From sequence record NC_049383.1: DNA of 64,000 nucleotides; one strand, 5' to 3'. The translations under genes were made by a program, and so were the position numbers. This document shows positions 1-9,377 of the stretch, one piece after another; position 1 is the stretch's first letter, and each line of letters starts with the position of its first letter. The notes beneath the pieces are model-generated. The model had not been told where the DNA came from. It searched no databases and saw only the letters and a list, made by a program, of their open reading frames with translations.

Positions 1-163
1 TTGCTTGTTCTAAACCATATATTTCTTCCTTGGTTATCTCTCCACGCTTAAACATACCGATTCTTTCAACATATTTAGAATAAGACCCCATTTCAAAAGT
101 AGTCCACTTATTATGTTCAGGGTACTTATACATTACTCTGTATTCAGTATCTTGTTTACTCAT
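1..163 (-). CDS. hypothetical protein, partial (runs off window start)
   Basis: Manual translation from ATG at 163: MSKQDTEYRVMYKYPEHNKWTTFEMGSYSKYVERIGMFKRGEITKEEIYGLEQA, open to position 1; starts 1 nt after the stop of 165..785. Confidence 0.6.
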   Translation of the reverse strand, partial: MSKQDTEYRVMYKYPEHNKWTTFEMGSYSKYVERIGMFKRGEITKEEIYGLEQA

Positions 164-164
164 T

Positions 165-785
165 TTAAATCTTTTCTCTAATTGTTAGTATATTCTTATT
201 TTCATTCAAAGAAAATTCCATATCTTTTTTATGGAATATATTGCTTCTACCACCTTTAAAGTAAAGATAATGGAATAACTTACCACACTTGAATCTGAAA
301 CCACCAAAACCATCCGTATCATACTCTACATAATCGAATTTTAGACCTCTAAGTTCTAATCTAAGTTCATGTTTACCATTATCACCTCTATATCGTTTAT
401 TAAATCTAATTAAATCACTATTTATAAGAACACCCATAACACAATCATCACCCATAAAAGAAATATCGAAAAAATCAATAATCTCAATTGAATTTTTAAT
501 ATTCATTATTGATATAATATATTGTGAATTTGGAATTTCATCTATCAATCTACCATTAAGATAGTCTGTATAAATTCTATTCCATTTCTTTAGGTCTTGT
601 TTATATATTTTATTGAATTTTTGTGATATCCTATCACCTTGTTTACGACATATATAACTAAGTGTTGATATAGCTTTAGAAAATATACACATTGTGTCAT
701 AGATACCCCTAACTGGTTTATCATGCGCTTTATGTCTTTCTATTTCATCGAAGAAAAAATCTTCCTTACTTGTGTTTTTTACCAT
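165..785 (-). CDS. hypothetical protein (206 aa)
   Basis: ORF track; tightly packed with minus-strand neighbours; no motif recognised. Confidence 0.75.
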   Translation of the reverse strand: MVKNTSKEDFFFDEIERHKAHDKPVRGIYDTMCIFSKAISTLSYICRKQGDRISQKFNKIYKQDLKKWNRIYTDYLNGRLIDEIPNSQYIISIMNIKNSIEIIDFFDISFMGDDCVMGVLINSDLIRFNKRYRGDNGKHELRLELRGLKFDYVEYDTDGFGGFRFKCGKLFHYLYFKGGRSNIFHKKDMEFSLNENKNILTIREKI

Positions 786-788
786 GAT

Positions 789-944
789 TTATAAATTTTG
801 ATTATATGAACCTTTTTCTAATCTTTCTAAGTTTGATGTATCTAATGAAATAACATATTCTATTGACTCTTCCCAACCATTTAATAATACATTTTTTACA
901 CCTTCATTTTTTAATTGTAGTAATTCTGATTTAATTGATTTCAT
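789..944 (-). CDS. small hypothetical protein (51 aa), not in ORF track
   Basis: Manual translation MKSIKSELLQLKNEGVKNVLLNGWEESIEYVISLDTSNLERLEKGSYNQNL; fills the gap between the promoter at 969-999 and gene 165..785. Confidence 0.65.
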   Translation of the reverse strand: MKSIKSELLQLKNEGVKNVLLNGWEESIEYVISLDTSNLERLEKGSYNQNL

Positions 945-968
945 TTTTAATTATTTTTAAATATTATT

Positions 969-999
969 CAAATATATAACAAAAAATCCGTTCCACAAA
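969..999 (-). promoter_or_regulatory. Bacteroidota sigma-A type promoter
   Basis: Minus strand TTTG (996-999), 19-nt spacer, TATATTTG (969-976); matches TTG-N19-TAnnTTTG; 24 nt upstream of ATG at 944. Confidence 0.75.
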
Positions 1000-1018
1000 A
1001 CGCGGAACGGATTTTTTT
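981..1018. terminator. intrinsic terminator, bidirectional-looking
   Basis: aaaaaatccgttcc-acaaaacgc-ggaacggattttttt inverted repeat at the stop of 1018..2238. Confidence 0.8.
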
Positions 1019-2238
1019 TAAATAAAATATGCCTTTAGGAATTTAGTTGCATCTTCCCTAATACGGTTTTTCTCAACCTTTAGTGTATATTCTAAATATA
1101 AATACTCACCTTTTTGGGCGTATATATTCATATCACAATGCCTTCTATTTTTGTTTACACCATCTAGTTCAATATATCTTTTAAATCCTTTAAAGCTACT
1201 TAAAAAAGTCTTACTAGATGTATTCTGTTTAGATATCTGAGCTTTTAAAAGTTTATCGGTTACAGAATCAACACATTCACCTAAATTTTTTTGTAGTGTT
1301 GTATCATTTGAGTTAACCTTTTCAATCTTTTTAACGAATTTTCTATATTGATTCATAATAGTTATATATCTAGCAACAAAACCACTTTGTGTATTTGCTA
1401 GTTTATATGCTATTTCCATCAATATTGTTCTTGATTTAAGTTCATCACCATGAAGGTCTTTTACAGCGTCTAAATCGAAGCTTATACCTAAATTATGCGA
1501 GAAACAACCATCAATAGTGTGTAACTTTTCCATATCATCAATATACTGAATACTGAAATATGTTCTTTGATTTACTGTATCACCGACACTAATATTTATT
1601 CTAGAATCATCAACATAAGATATTTCGGGTTTTATGTTGTGGATTATGTTTTCATATAAGCTAGAAAGGTTTGCTTTCATAGTACTTATACTTGTTTTGA
1701 TATTATTATGTTCTGATTCTGAAACACTTACACTAATATTAACTTTTGAGTGTAATTGTTTTCTATAAATTATGTAATTAAGGAGTTTATCGATTGAATC
1801 GAATCTCTTTTGGAATTTTACAGCATTTATATATTCGTTAATCGAAACATATCTTTTTGATGTTTTTTCAATCTCTAACACATACCCATTTTTAGAGAAG
1901 TTAACATTTGTTATGAAGTCAATATTGCATGACATACATGACTTAACAACTTCAATTAACTCATCCATTTCAATATTTTTATCGATTGATTCATTTACTG
2001 GAAATGTTATTGTCAATGATGATTGTTTGCCTATTTTAAAGTCTTTATCTTTATAAATAACTTCTGCGAATAGGTTTCTATTGTTATTATTTGGTTTGCT
2101 TAAATTTAGTGAAACTTCCATTCTATTATCCATATAAATGAATACTTTATCGGATTGTGTTTCAGTACCTAAATTAAACATAGCATCCAAACTACCTATA
2201 TTTTTTACTGATTCTATTGCTTTATCTAATCTTATCAC
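1018..2238 (-). CDS. hypothetical protein (406 aa)
   Basis: Long ORF in AT-rich DNA, followed by a terminator; no family recognised. Confidence 0.8.
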   Translation of the reverse strand: MIRLDKAIESVKNIGSLDAMFNLGTETQSDKVFIYMDNRMEVSLNLSKPNNNNRNLFAEVIYKDKDFKIGKQSSLTITFPVNESIDKNIEMDELIEVVKSCMSCNIDFITNVNFSKNGYVLEIEKTSKRYVSINEYINAVKFQKRFDSIDKLLNYIIYRKQLHSKVNISVSVSESEHNNIKTSISTMKANLSSLYENIIHNIKPEISYVDDSRINISVGDTVNQRTYFSIQYIDDMEKLHTIDGCFSHNLGISFDLDAVKDLHGDELKSRTILMEIAYKLANTQSGFVARYITIMNQYRKFVKKIEKVNSNDTTLQKNLGECVDSVTDKLLKAQISKQNTSSKTFLSSFKGFKRYIELDGVNKNRRHCDMNIYAQKGEYLYLEYTLKVEKNRIREDATKFLKAYFI

Positions 2239-2501
2239 GTTTCTTTAGTTTTGTCTTTTGTGAAAATTTTATGTGTATCTAATACCGATTTTCTAATATT
2301 CATTGATTCTCTAGAAATATTTAAAAGTATTTTTCTAACTTTTTGATAATCGGTATGTTTCATCTTATGAAGTTCAGAAAAAAATGGTTCAGCTTCCTCA
2401 ACCATTTTTTTTAAACTCTGAAAATCATTATTTAGGAAGTCTGTTATTAATTTAACATTTTCCTTTAATTCGTTGGTAATTTCAACCTTTGTTCTTCTCA
2501 T
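2235..2501 (-). CDS. hypothetical protein (88 aa)
   Basis: ORF track; 4-nt overlap with the next gene. Confidence 0.7.
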   Translation of the reverse strand: MRRTKVEITNELKENVKLITDFLNNDFQSLKKMVEEAEPFFSELHKMKHTDYQKVRKILLNISRESMNIRKSVLDTHKIFTKDKTKET

Positions 2502-2941
2502 TATTCATACTTCTTTAGTGTTGTTAAAGAAATATAATGATAACACCCCTTTAGGAAATTGGTAAAAGAGCGCGCAATTGCAATCTTTTGAAAAGGTTCT
2601 TTCAATTCAATATCTACAAAATCCGTCCAAATATCATCACCAAACATACTTAAACGATATACTTCTGTATCACCAAACTTTTTTGATTTGATTGATAAAT
2701 TAAGTTCTACATCAGCACCCTTAAAATATTTCGTGAAAACAGAGTATGAATCTTGTGTTTCATATGACATAATGAAAACATTTTCATTTTTAACAACTCT
2801 AACATTCATTGTTTTCCTGAACTCATCCCAATTAGAATGCAGTTCACCCATTTTAAAATCTACTTGTTCAATTAATCGTTCAAGCTCTATTTCCTCACTA
2901 TTTGTTAGTTTACCTGTTTTTGTTTTCAATATTGATATCAT
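2501..2941 (-). CDS. hypothetical protein (146 aa)
   Basis: ORF track; 1-nt stop/start overlap with the next gene. Confidence 0.7.
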   Translation of the reverse strand: MISILKTKTGKLTNSEEIELERLIEQVDFKMGELHSNWDEFRKTMNVRVVKNENVFIMSYETQDSYSVFTKYFKGADVELNLSIKSKKFGDTEVYRLSMFGDDIWTDFVDIELKEPFQKIAIARSFTNFLKGCYHYISLTTLKKYE

Positions 2942-2960
2942 TGTTTAAACATTTTGTTTT

Positions 2961-3212
2961 TTATCTATTCACATTTATCATATCATTAAGTCGTTTCTTG
3001 CTAACAGACCATAGCAATCTATCTGAATTATTGATATTATCTTCAAAAGTATAATGATTCTTATTACCTCTCTTTACAGCCCTTAAAAAGTGATGTACTT
3101 GGATTTCGCTGAAAATACCAAGCACTTCACCATCTATTGTACAAACTTCAATTTCATTTTCATCGTTATAATAAATATAAACGACTAATTCAATTTTATG
3201 AATGTTTTCCAC
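2961..3212 (-). CDS. hypothetical protein (83 aa)
   Basis: ORF track; operon packing. Confidence 0.7.
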   Translation of the reverse strand: MENIHKIELVVYIYYNDENEIEVCTIDGEVLGIFSEIQVHHFLRAVKRGNKNHYTFEDNINNSDRLLWSVSKKRLNDMINVNR

Positions 3213-3873
3213 TATATGTTTCCGATTCCTTTTCTAAGTCTCTTTCTAAAGCTTCTTTCATTGAAAATTTATCAGAGAATCTTGCTCTTAATTTATCAAT
3301 GTTTGTCTGTAAAAGTTCTTCGAATTTAGCAACAACTTCAACATATTCTAACTTATGCCAACCAAGCTCATAAATAATTCCTGCTACAGTTTTTATTGCA
3401 GATTCAACAATCTCTGTGGATTTATATTCAGCTCCATACGCAAATGACTTTTTAATATAATCACCAAAACTAAATCCTTCATAAATTAAGTTTTCTAAAG
3501 GATTAGCATATGTAGGGTAACCAAATACTCTTTTTATCATAGTGATTAAACTCGCATTCTTGTAATCTCTTTCTAATGAACATATATACATATATGCTTG
3601 TGTGAAAATTTCACCAAAATTTATGTTAAGCTCTTCTTTTCTTAACTCACTTTCGACACCAATAAACCACAATATATCACCACATTCCTCATATGCATTA
3701 TCCATATCGTTATTGAATAATGCTTTTAGTAGCTCACCAACTTCACCACTAACTCCTAATCCCATGTGTGTGGAGTTATTTAATGGTGTTCCCAAGTCGT
3801 TGAATGTTCTCATACATAAAGATGTGTAGTTTTCGATATTTACATCATTTTTTGGAAAATTTGTTTTACTCAT
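3196..3873 (-). CDS. mazG: MazG-like nucleotide pyrophosphohydrolase
   Basis: HMGLGVSGEVGELLK...EECGDILWF acidic metal-binding motifs and C-terminal NIDKLRARF typical of phage MazG-like proteins. Confidence 0.8.
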   Translation of the reverse strand: MSKTNFPKNDVNIENYTSLCMRTFNDLGTPLNNSTHMGLGVSGEVGELLKALFNNDMDNAYEECGDILWFIGVESELRKEELNINFGEIFTQAYMYICSLERDYKNASLITMIKRVFGYPTYANPLENLIYEGFSFGDYIKKSFAYGAEYKSTEIVESAIKTVAGIIYELGWHKLEYVEVVAKFEELLQTNIDKLRARFSDKFSMKEALERDLEKESETYSGKHS

Positions 3874-3917
3874 AAAAATTATTGTTTTTAAAAAAATTAT
3901 TGTTTAAATTTTACTAT

Positions 3918-4178
3918 TTATTCTATTGCTAAGTTCATATACATTTGAGCAAAATGTTCAAATTTTGGGTCACATTTTAGAACTTCTTCACACCTTACTA
4001 GAAATAAAACTAGTGGTAATCCCGAAACCTCAACAATCCTAAATAGTGTACCTGTTTTAACATCCTTACTATTCCAAATATTATTCAAGTGTTGTTGAGA
4101 TATTTCTAATTTTTCAGCAATTTCTTTTAATACTATATCATTTTCGACTAGTACTTCGCGTATTATTTTCGCATCCAT
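3918..4178 (-). CDS. XRE/Cro-C1 type helix-turn-helix regulator
   Basis: LKEIAEKLEISQQHLNNIWNSKDVKTGTLFRIVEVSG fits the HTH_XRE pattern. Confidence 0.8.
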   Translation of the reverse strand: MDAKIIREVLVENDIVLKEIAEKLEISQQHLNNIWNSKDVKTGTLFRIVEVSGLPLVLFLVRCEEVLKCDPKFEHFAQMYMNLAIE

Positions 4179-4223
4179 CTATATCACAAGGGGTTTTAAA
4201 TTATTGTAATAGCTTATATTTTG

Positions 4224-4254
4224 CAAATTTATGTATTTTTATCATTTAAACCAA
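4224..4254 (-). promoter_or_regulatory. Bacteroidota sigma-A type promoter
   Basis: Minus strand TTG (4252-4254), 20-nt spacer, TAAATTTG (4224-4231); 45 nt upstream of the HTH gene. Confidence 0.6.
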
Positions 4255-4273
4255 ATTTATTTGTAGAAAATGG

Positions 4274-4309
4274 AAAAGTCCAGTTTTTTAATTAAAAAAC
4301 TGGACTTTT
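4274..4309. terminator. perfect 36-bp palindrome, probable terminator
   Basis: aaaagtccagttttttaattaaaaaactggactttt equals its own reverse complement; lies downstream of 4392..5861. Confidence 0.7.
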
Positions 4310-4310
4310 T

Positions 4311-4375
4311 ATGTGTATTAAAGTTGACATTTTGTATGAAAAAACAGACAAATGTGTATTAAAGTTGACATTTTG
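4311..4375. repeat. two identical 24-bp direct repeats, candidate operators
   Basis: atgtgtattaaagttgacattttg at 4311-4334 and 4352-4375, 17-bp spacer. Confidence 0.85.
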
Positions 4376-4391
4376 ACGGTTTTATCATACA

Positions 4392-5861
4392 TTATTTTTC
4401 AATCCTTTCAATATTACCGTAACTCACAACTATATTATTTTCATCAAGTAAATAATAGGTTTTATCAGTTGTGTAGAATGATTCACTACCAACAGTAAAT
4501 GTTGTTTTACTATCTGTAACATTCTCATAACTAGAATTTCCTATCATAAGTTTAACCTTACTCAATAAACTCAAATCGATATCAGTATTTATTCTCACCG
4601 TCTGTATAAAAGGTGTTAAGGTGATGGTGTTTAATCGACCCTCAACCTTTACGAAAACTGGTCTATCAATATTAACTATTTTAGGTGTATCGTTCTTATA
4701 TACAACCTGTCTAACATCCTTTGTGACATTCCTAGTTAATCTATCTTCTGAAATATCTAAATTTATTTCTTGAACCTTTAAAATATCAGGATTCGCAATA
4801 ACAACTTGACCACTTCTACGAATAGTACTATTATCATTCATTGTGATAACACATTCTATTTCAACATTAATTTGTGAAGATTCGTCTTGTGGATTCAATC
4901 TATATTCAGTAATAGAAAACATATCAATCGGATTAGATAATTTAATAACTCTATTACCTATTAAATCTGAATTTTCTTTATATTCTGAAAACAAAAATGT
5001 ATATTCAACACTTACAGGTGTTGAATCTATTTTAAGCATAGATTCTAAATCAAATCTCTCGTGGATTATCTGAGCAGAAACAGTACCATTAGATTTTACA
5101 CTAGCTTCTAAAACAATTTCATCATTACTAAATCTTGCAGAAAATTGTGAACGTGATTTATCAGCATCATAGAACTTTGTAAATTGCTTACCAAACTCAC
5201 TAAAGTTTACAATTTCAGATATATTAACACCTGCGTGTTCAACAAAAAGTGTATCAATATCATCTGTTCCAAATAAATACTCTTTTATTTCTATAACATC
5301 CGAATTTTCACTAGTAAATAAGTATTGTAAATCCAACATTCTAAACTCAATAGCTGAGTTGAAAACTTGATTATCAAATAATACTTCGGGAATTGCTAAA
5401 ATCTTTGAATTATCATAAGTATCTAAAACACTTAGTAAATCAACCCTTTGATTATTACTTGGTCTTATTGCACTAATATTTAAAGTTGTCATAGCAACAC
5501 CATCACCTACAGTAGAGTATGAAAACCCTTGTGCAAATAACATTCTAACTTTCTTATATTGAATAGTTGGATTTGAAACTAAACTTAGAATTGTGTTTAA
5601 ATCCTTGTTATCATGAAAGTTTGCTGAAATTTTATCATCAGGATAAAAGTTTGGTGTTGATGAAAGGAAAATATTATCCTCACTTATATATGAGTTTTCG
5701 CGGTCTTCATTTTGACCATCTTCAAATAATAACATTTTCCTGTTATAGAAATCAGCACCAAAATCATAAGCTAATAATTTTGGTGACTCATTTATATTTA
5801 TTGACTCAATAGCATCGGTAATCTCTAATACTACATTTTTTGAAATTCGTATTCTATTCAT
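4392..5861 (-). CDS. hypothetical protein, possibly virion structural (489 aa)
   Basis: Long ORF with acidic, beta-rich composition; function inferred only from composition. Confidence 0.6.
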   Translation of the reverse strand: MNRIRISKNVVLEITDAIESININESPKLLAYDFGADFYNRKMLLFEDGQNEDRENSYISEDNIFLSSTPNFYPDDKISANFHDNKDLNTILSLVSNPTIQYKKVRMLFAQGFSYSTVGDGVAMTTLNISAIRPSNNQRVDLLSVLDTYDNSKILAIPEVLFDNQVFNSAIEFRMLDLQYLFTSENSDVIEIKEYLFGTDDIDTLFVEHAGVNISEIVNFSEFGKQFTKFYDADKSRSQFSARFSNDEIVLEASVKSNGTVSAQIIHERFDLESMLKIDSTPVSVEYTFLFSEYKENSDLIGNRVIKLSNPIDMFSITEYRLNPQDESSQINVEIECVITMNDNSTIRRSGQVVIANPDILKVQEINLDISEDRLTRNVTKDVRQVVYKNDTPKIVNIDRPVFVKVEGRLNTITLTPFIQTVRINTDIDLSLLSKVKLMIGNSSYENVTDSKTTFTVGSESFYTTDKTYYLLDENNIVVSYGNIERIEK

Positions 5862-5878
5862 TGTTAATTTATCTTTAT

Positions 5879-6655
5879 TTATTTATCTTTTGAGACTAAA
5901 ACAATTTTATGTTCCATATCACTCATAAGATAAACTCTTATTGATAACACATCTTTAATCTTTTTATATTCTTTAACAGCATTAATTAAATATTCCAAAT
6001 GTTTCTTATCAGGTTTTTGTCTATACTGTTCTTTAATTTTTTCAACAAAGAAATAGATATTGGTATAGTTAGCATAATTATCCTTTGACTGATACCACAT
6101 TATTTTAGAAAAATCACTATAATCATCATCTAATAAAAGTATAGCGTGACCCATTTCATGAGCTAAAACATAAGCTCTACCAGTTGAGTCAAAATATGTC
6201 GCATCTGAAAGAACTATTTCATCAGGGAATAATTCACCATCTATAACATCAAATGTTGTATAAGCTATTGGATAAACTTTATCACCATTTTTATTAATTG
6301 AATATCCCATATTATGAGATTCCTTAACATAGAATAAAATATTATCGTAACGTTCTTGATATTTATCATTCCAAAAACCATTATCAATTCCTATCTGTCT
6401 CCAAATTTCAGCATCCTTTTCGACTTCGGGTGAATCATATTTCATATTGAAATTTCTAGTCTGCATTTCATTTACTGTTTCGATTGTGAAATTTTTACCG
6501 TTATACCAACCAGTATTATAACTAATTCGGAACACTATAACCACCACCAACATGAAAGTTAGTGGTGAGAAAATTAGTCTAAAATCTTCAACACTTCTTA
6601 GTTTGTTTAACACACCTTCTATAACATTTGTACTCTTTTTTGTAAATTTCTTCAT
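5879..6655 (-). CDS. membrane-anchored zincin-like metallopeptidase
   Basis: N-terminal hydrophobic helix LIFSPLTFMLVVVIVF; HEMGH (HExxH) motif followed by a SKIM Met-turn-like segment. Confidence 0.65.
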   Translation of the reverse strand: MKKFTKKSTNVIEGVLNKLRSVEDFRLIFSPLTFMLVVVIVFRISYNTGWYNGKNFTIETVNEMQTRNFNMKYDSPEVEKDAEIWRQIGIDNGFWNDKYQERYDNILFYVKESHNMGYSINKNGDKVYPIAYTTFDVIDGELFPDEIVLSDATYFDSTGRAYVLAHEMGHAILLLDDDYSDFSKIMWYQSKDNYANYTNIYFFVEKIKEQYRQKPDKKHLEYLINAVKEYKKIKDVLSIRVYLMSDMEHKIVLVSKDK

Positions 6656-6798
6656 TATTTTACTGAATTTAATTCGTTATCTATTTCTTTTAAAAGTTCT
6701 TCATTCTTAACACATTCTCTATGAATGTCACCTTCTTTAATCATATTTTTTAAAATGTCTCTATCGACAGACTTACATATATAATCAAATTTGCTCAT
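6655..6798 (-). CDS. small hypothetical protein (47 aa), not in ORF track
   Basis: Manual translation MSKFDYICKSVDRDILKNMIKEGDIHRECVKNEELLKEIDNELNSVK; its stop overlaps the ATG of the next gene and its start is 2 nt after the upstream stop. Confidence 0.65.
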   Translation of the reverse strand: MSKFDYICKSVDRDILKNMIKEGDIHRECVKNEELLKEIDNELNSVK

Positions 6799-6800
6799 AA

Positions 6801-8768
6801 TTAACTCCTTTTATCTGTTGCTACCTTTGTTTTCATTGTTCTTTCAAAATCATTTGATGATTTAATACTCAAAACCTTCTTTGATAAATCATAATTTTGC
6901 TTTATGTTTTCTTCGATAGTTTCATCCAAAATATCATAATTTATATCATTGAATCTAATATTATCGAATGAACTAAAGTCTATAGTATCTATTTTAACTC
7001 CATTATCATTGATATAAGAAATTAAATATCTATCAACATTATGTAACTCATACTCATCATTAACAATATTTATATATTTCTCAGAGCTATGTGTTTTATT
7101 AATAAATAATCTTCCACTTTTCAACAAACTAACAGATTCTGTATAATTATTAATATCAGCATAACCATATTCCCAAATTTGATTAGATAGTTTTTTAGCA
7201 AAATAATCTAAAGAATTTGCTTTAAATATTTTCTCATATCTATTATTGATAATACCCAAAGGTGCGCTGTATTCATTTATTGATAATTTTTTACTTTCAA
7301 TTATGTTGTGATAATCTTTAACAAATTGTTTTGACGAATCATGTTCCAAATCATATAAGATAAAACTAGTATCATTAACTATTTGTTTAAATGTTTCATA
7401 AATCATTCTTTCAAAAAGATTATTACTATTCTTACTTTTAAAGTATTTTGTTACTTCAAAATGTCTATAATTTTCAACCTCACCAACCTTATTGAAATTA
7501 TTATCAAAAAACTCAGCGTGTGAAACTAGTTTATTCTGATATTTTTTAATCTTGTTGCGTCTATATGTTGATACAATATAACCATTTTCAGATTTATAAA
7601 GAAAAGAAACACTACTATCATGTTTATACACCAAATTCGTTAATGTTTGTATTGTCGTTTTGATATATTCATCATACTTTAGTTTTATTTCATATTTTTC
7701 CCTTTTATAATCATCAACCAATTCAGAAAATTCTATTCCGTTTTTAGTTTTACCGCCATTTTTTAACATTAAAATAAATGAATATCTCTCTAACGCTTCA
7801 CTATCAATATTACCATTTAATACACCATCAATGATAGTTTTAATGTTATAATCCCACGAATCCAATACATTTTCGAATGAACCACATTCTATTGAAACCT
7901 TTCTATTTTTAACACTTTTACTCATTTTTGTTGGGAATTTTATATTTTCGCCACCAATATAGTGTTCGTGATTTCTTATTTTGAAATTCTCAATAGACTT
8001 TTTAATATTACCACCAATGTTGTAGGTTTTTGATTCATCAATATCGAACATTAAATCTACTGGCTCATCCTTCATCAATACAGTAAATCTATGACCATCG
8101 AAATATACATCACTTGGTAAATTAATTTTTGAAATGAAATCATTTTCACATTCCTTTATTTCTCTTTGATAATCATAAATTTTACACAATTTATCTGAAT
8201 TAACTCTACCGTAATTTGAATTTTTACTATAATCAAATAAGTCATTTAAGAAACTTATACCATTAACTTTAACCAATTTACTACTTTCCAATGAATTTAT
8301 ATTAACCTCTTCGATTCGTCTTCTAAATTCCAAATCAACAACACCTAATCCAAACCAAAGGTTACATAATGTTCTTTTAGAATATGTTTTTATTGCTTTC
8401 TTACTATAATCATCTAAGAATGCAAAATTAAAAGCATCATCATCTTTAGGAAACTTTTCGAAATCAGATTCATTCAATAATGAAAGTCTAAATATATGTT
8501 GTAATGTAATATCCTTTTTATTTTCAGTATTTCGCAAATAAACTAGATACTTATATACAAATACAGCATTTTGGATAAGTGGTGTGTATAAGAACACCTC
8601 ATCCATATTTCTAAAACATTTTGATTTAACATTATTTATATCATAACCATCAAAGAATCTAACAGGTATATTTTTATTATAATCCTTTATATAATAAGAT
8701 AATGATTTTTTTGGATTGAAATCATCATTATACAATTCCTGAAATAAGTGCTTTTTAATTTTATTCAT
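6801..8768 (-). CDS. hypothetical protein (655 aa)
   Basis: Long ORF; no motif recognised. Confidence 0.8.
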   Translation of the reverse strand: MNKIKKHLFQELYNDDFNPKKSLSYYIKDYNKNIPVRFFDGYDINNVKSKCFRNMDEVFLYTPLIQNAVFVYKYLVYLRNTENKKDITLQHIFRLSLLNESDFEKFPKDDDAFNFAFLDDYSKKAIKTYSKRTLCNLWFGLGVVDLEFRRRIEEVNINSLESSKLVKVNGISFLNDLFDYSKNSNYGRVNSDKLCKIYDYQREIKECENDFISKINLPSDVYFDGHRFTVLMKDEPVDLMFDIDESKTYNIGGNIKKSIENFKIRNHEHYIGGENIKFPTKMSKSVKNRKVSIECGSFENVLDSWDYNIKTIIDGVLNGNIDSEALERYSFILMLKNGGKTKNGIEFSELVDDYKREKYEIKLKYDEYIKTTIQTLTNLVYKHDSSVSFLYKSENGYIVSTYRRNKIKKYQNKLVSHAEFFDNNFNKVGEVENYRHFEVTKYFKSKNSNNLFERMIYETFKQIVNDTSFILYDLEHDSSKQFVKDYHNIIESKKLSINEYSAPLGIINNRYEKIFKANSLDYFAKKLSNQIWEYGYADINNYTESVSLLKSGRLFINKTHSSEKYINIVNDEYELHNVDRYLISYINDNGVKIDTIDFSSFDNIRFNDINYDILDETIEENIKQNYDLSKKVLSIKSSNDFERTMKTKVATDKRS

Positions 8769-9102
8769 AGAGTCTATGTAAATATAAGGTTAATGCATTC
8801 AACATAGCATCCACACGTAGATTATCAGAGAAGTCATAACAATCTTGGGTATAATCAATAGTTATATCATTGTTTGTGTCTTCTATTTTATAATTAACAG
8901 ACTTGTAAAAATTACCCTTACTATCTTTATTACTGGTTACTGAAAAACTAACAGTCACACCAACAGTATTGAAATTCTCATACCTATCATAGAAAACTTC
9001 CAACCAACGAGGGTTTTTATAACTTACACTAACATCAGTATGTTTTGTTATTAAACTGATTTTATCATTAATCGATAATTCGTAAACTTCTTTATTAGTC
9101 AT
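8761..9102 (-). CDS. hypothetical protein (113 aa)
   Basis: ORF track; first gene after the host-type promoter at 9129. Confidence 0.75.
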   Translation of the reverse strand: MTNKEVYELSINDKISLITKHTDVSVSYKNPRWLEVFYDRYENFNTVGVTVSFSVTSNKDSKGNFYKSVNYKIEDTNNDITIDYTQDCYDFSDNLRVDAMLNALTLYLHRLYE

Positions 9103-9128
9103 TTTTATTATTATTTAAAATTGAATTA

Positions 9129-9136
9129 CAAATATA
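9129..9136 (-). promoter_or_regulatory. Bacteroidota -7 promoter element
   Basis: TATATTTG on the minus strand, 26 nt upstream of ATG 9102; no well-spaced -33 TTG. Confidence 0.55.
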
Positions 9137-9152
9137 CATAAATATTTGAAAT

Positions 9153-9187
9153 AAAAAAATTCCAACTATTTTTAGTTGGAATTTTTT
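9153..9187. terminator. intrinsic terminator
   Basis: aaaaaattccaacta-tttt-tagttggaatttttt next to the stop of 9192..9377. Confidence 0.8.
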
Positions 9188-9191
9188 ATTA

Positions 9192-9377
9192 TTATTTCTT
9201 CTTCTTTTTATTTGGTTTACTATCCAAATCAGAACCTGTTTTTGAATCTATGGTATCAGTAACATTAGATGATATATCACCATTTGTTACAGAACCCATA
9301 CCATCAATACCATCAGGTGTACTAGCGAACTCATTTTCACTTATCTTCTCTTCTAAGTATATACTAATCTTCTTCAT
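9192..9377 (-). CDS. small protein with capsid-targeting-like N-terminus (61 aa)
   Basis: MKKISIYLEEKISE start; low-complexity acidic body with Lys tail; followed by a terminator. Confidence 0.65.
   Translation of the reverse strand: MKKISIYLEEKISENEFASTPDGIDGMGSVTNGDISSNVTDTIDSKTGSDLDSKPNKKKKK

Noticed and set aside
4311-4375. Possible mini-CRISPR array
   Set aside because: Only two repeats and a 17-bp spacer, too short for a CRISPR spacer; no cas genes. Treated as operator-like repeats.
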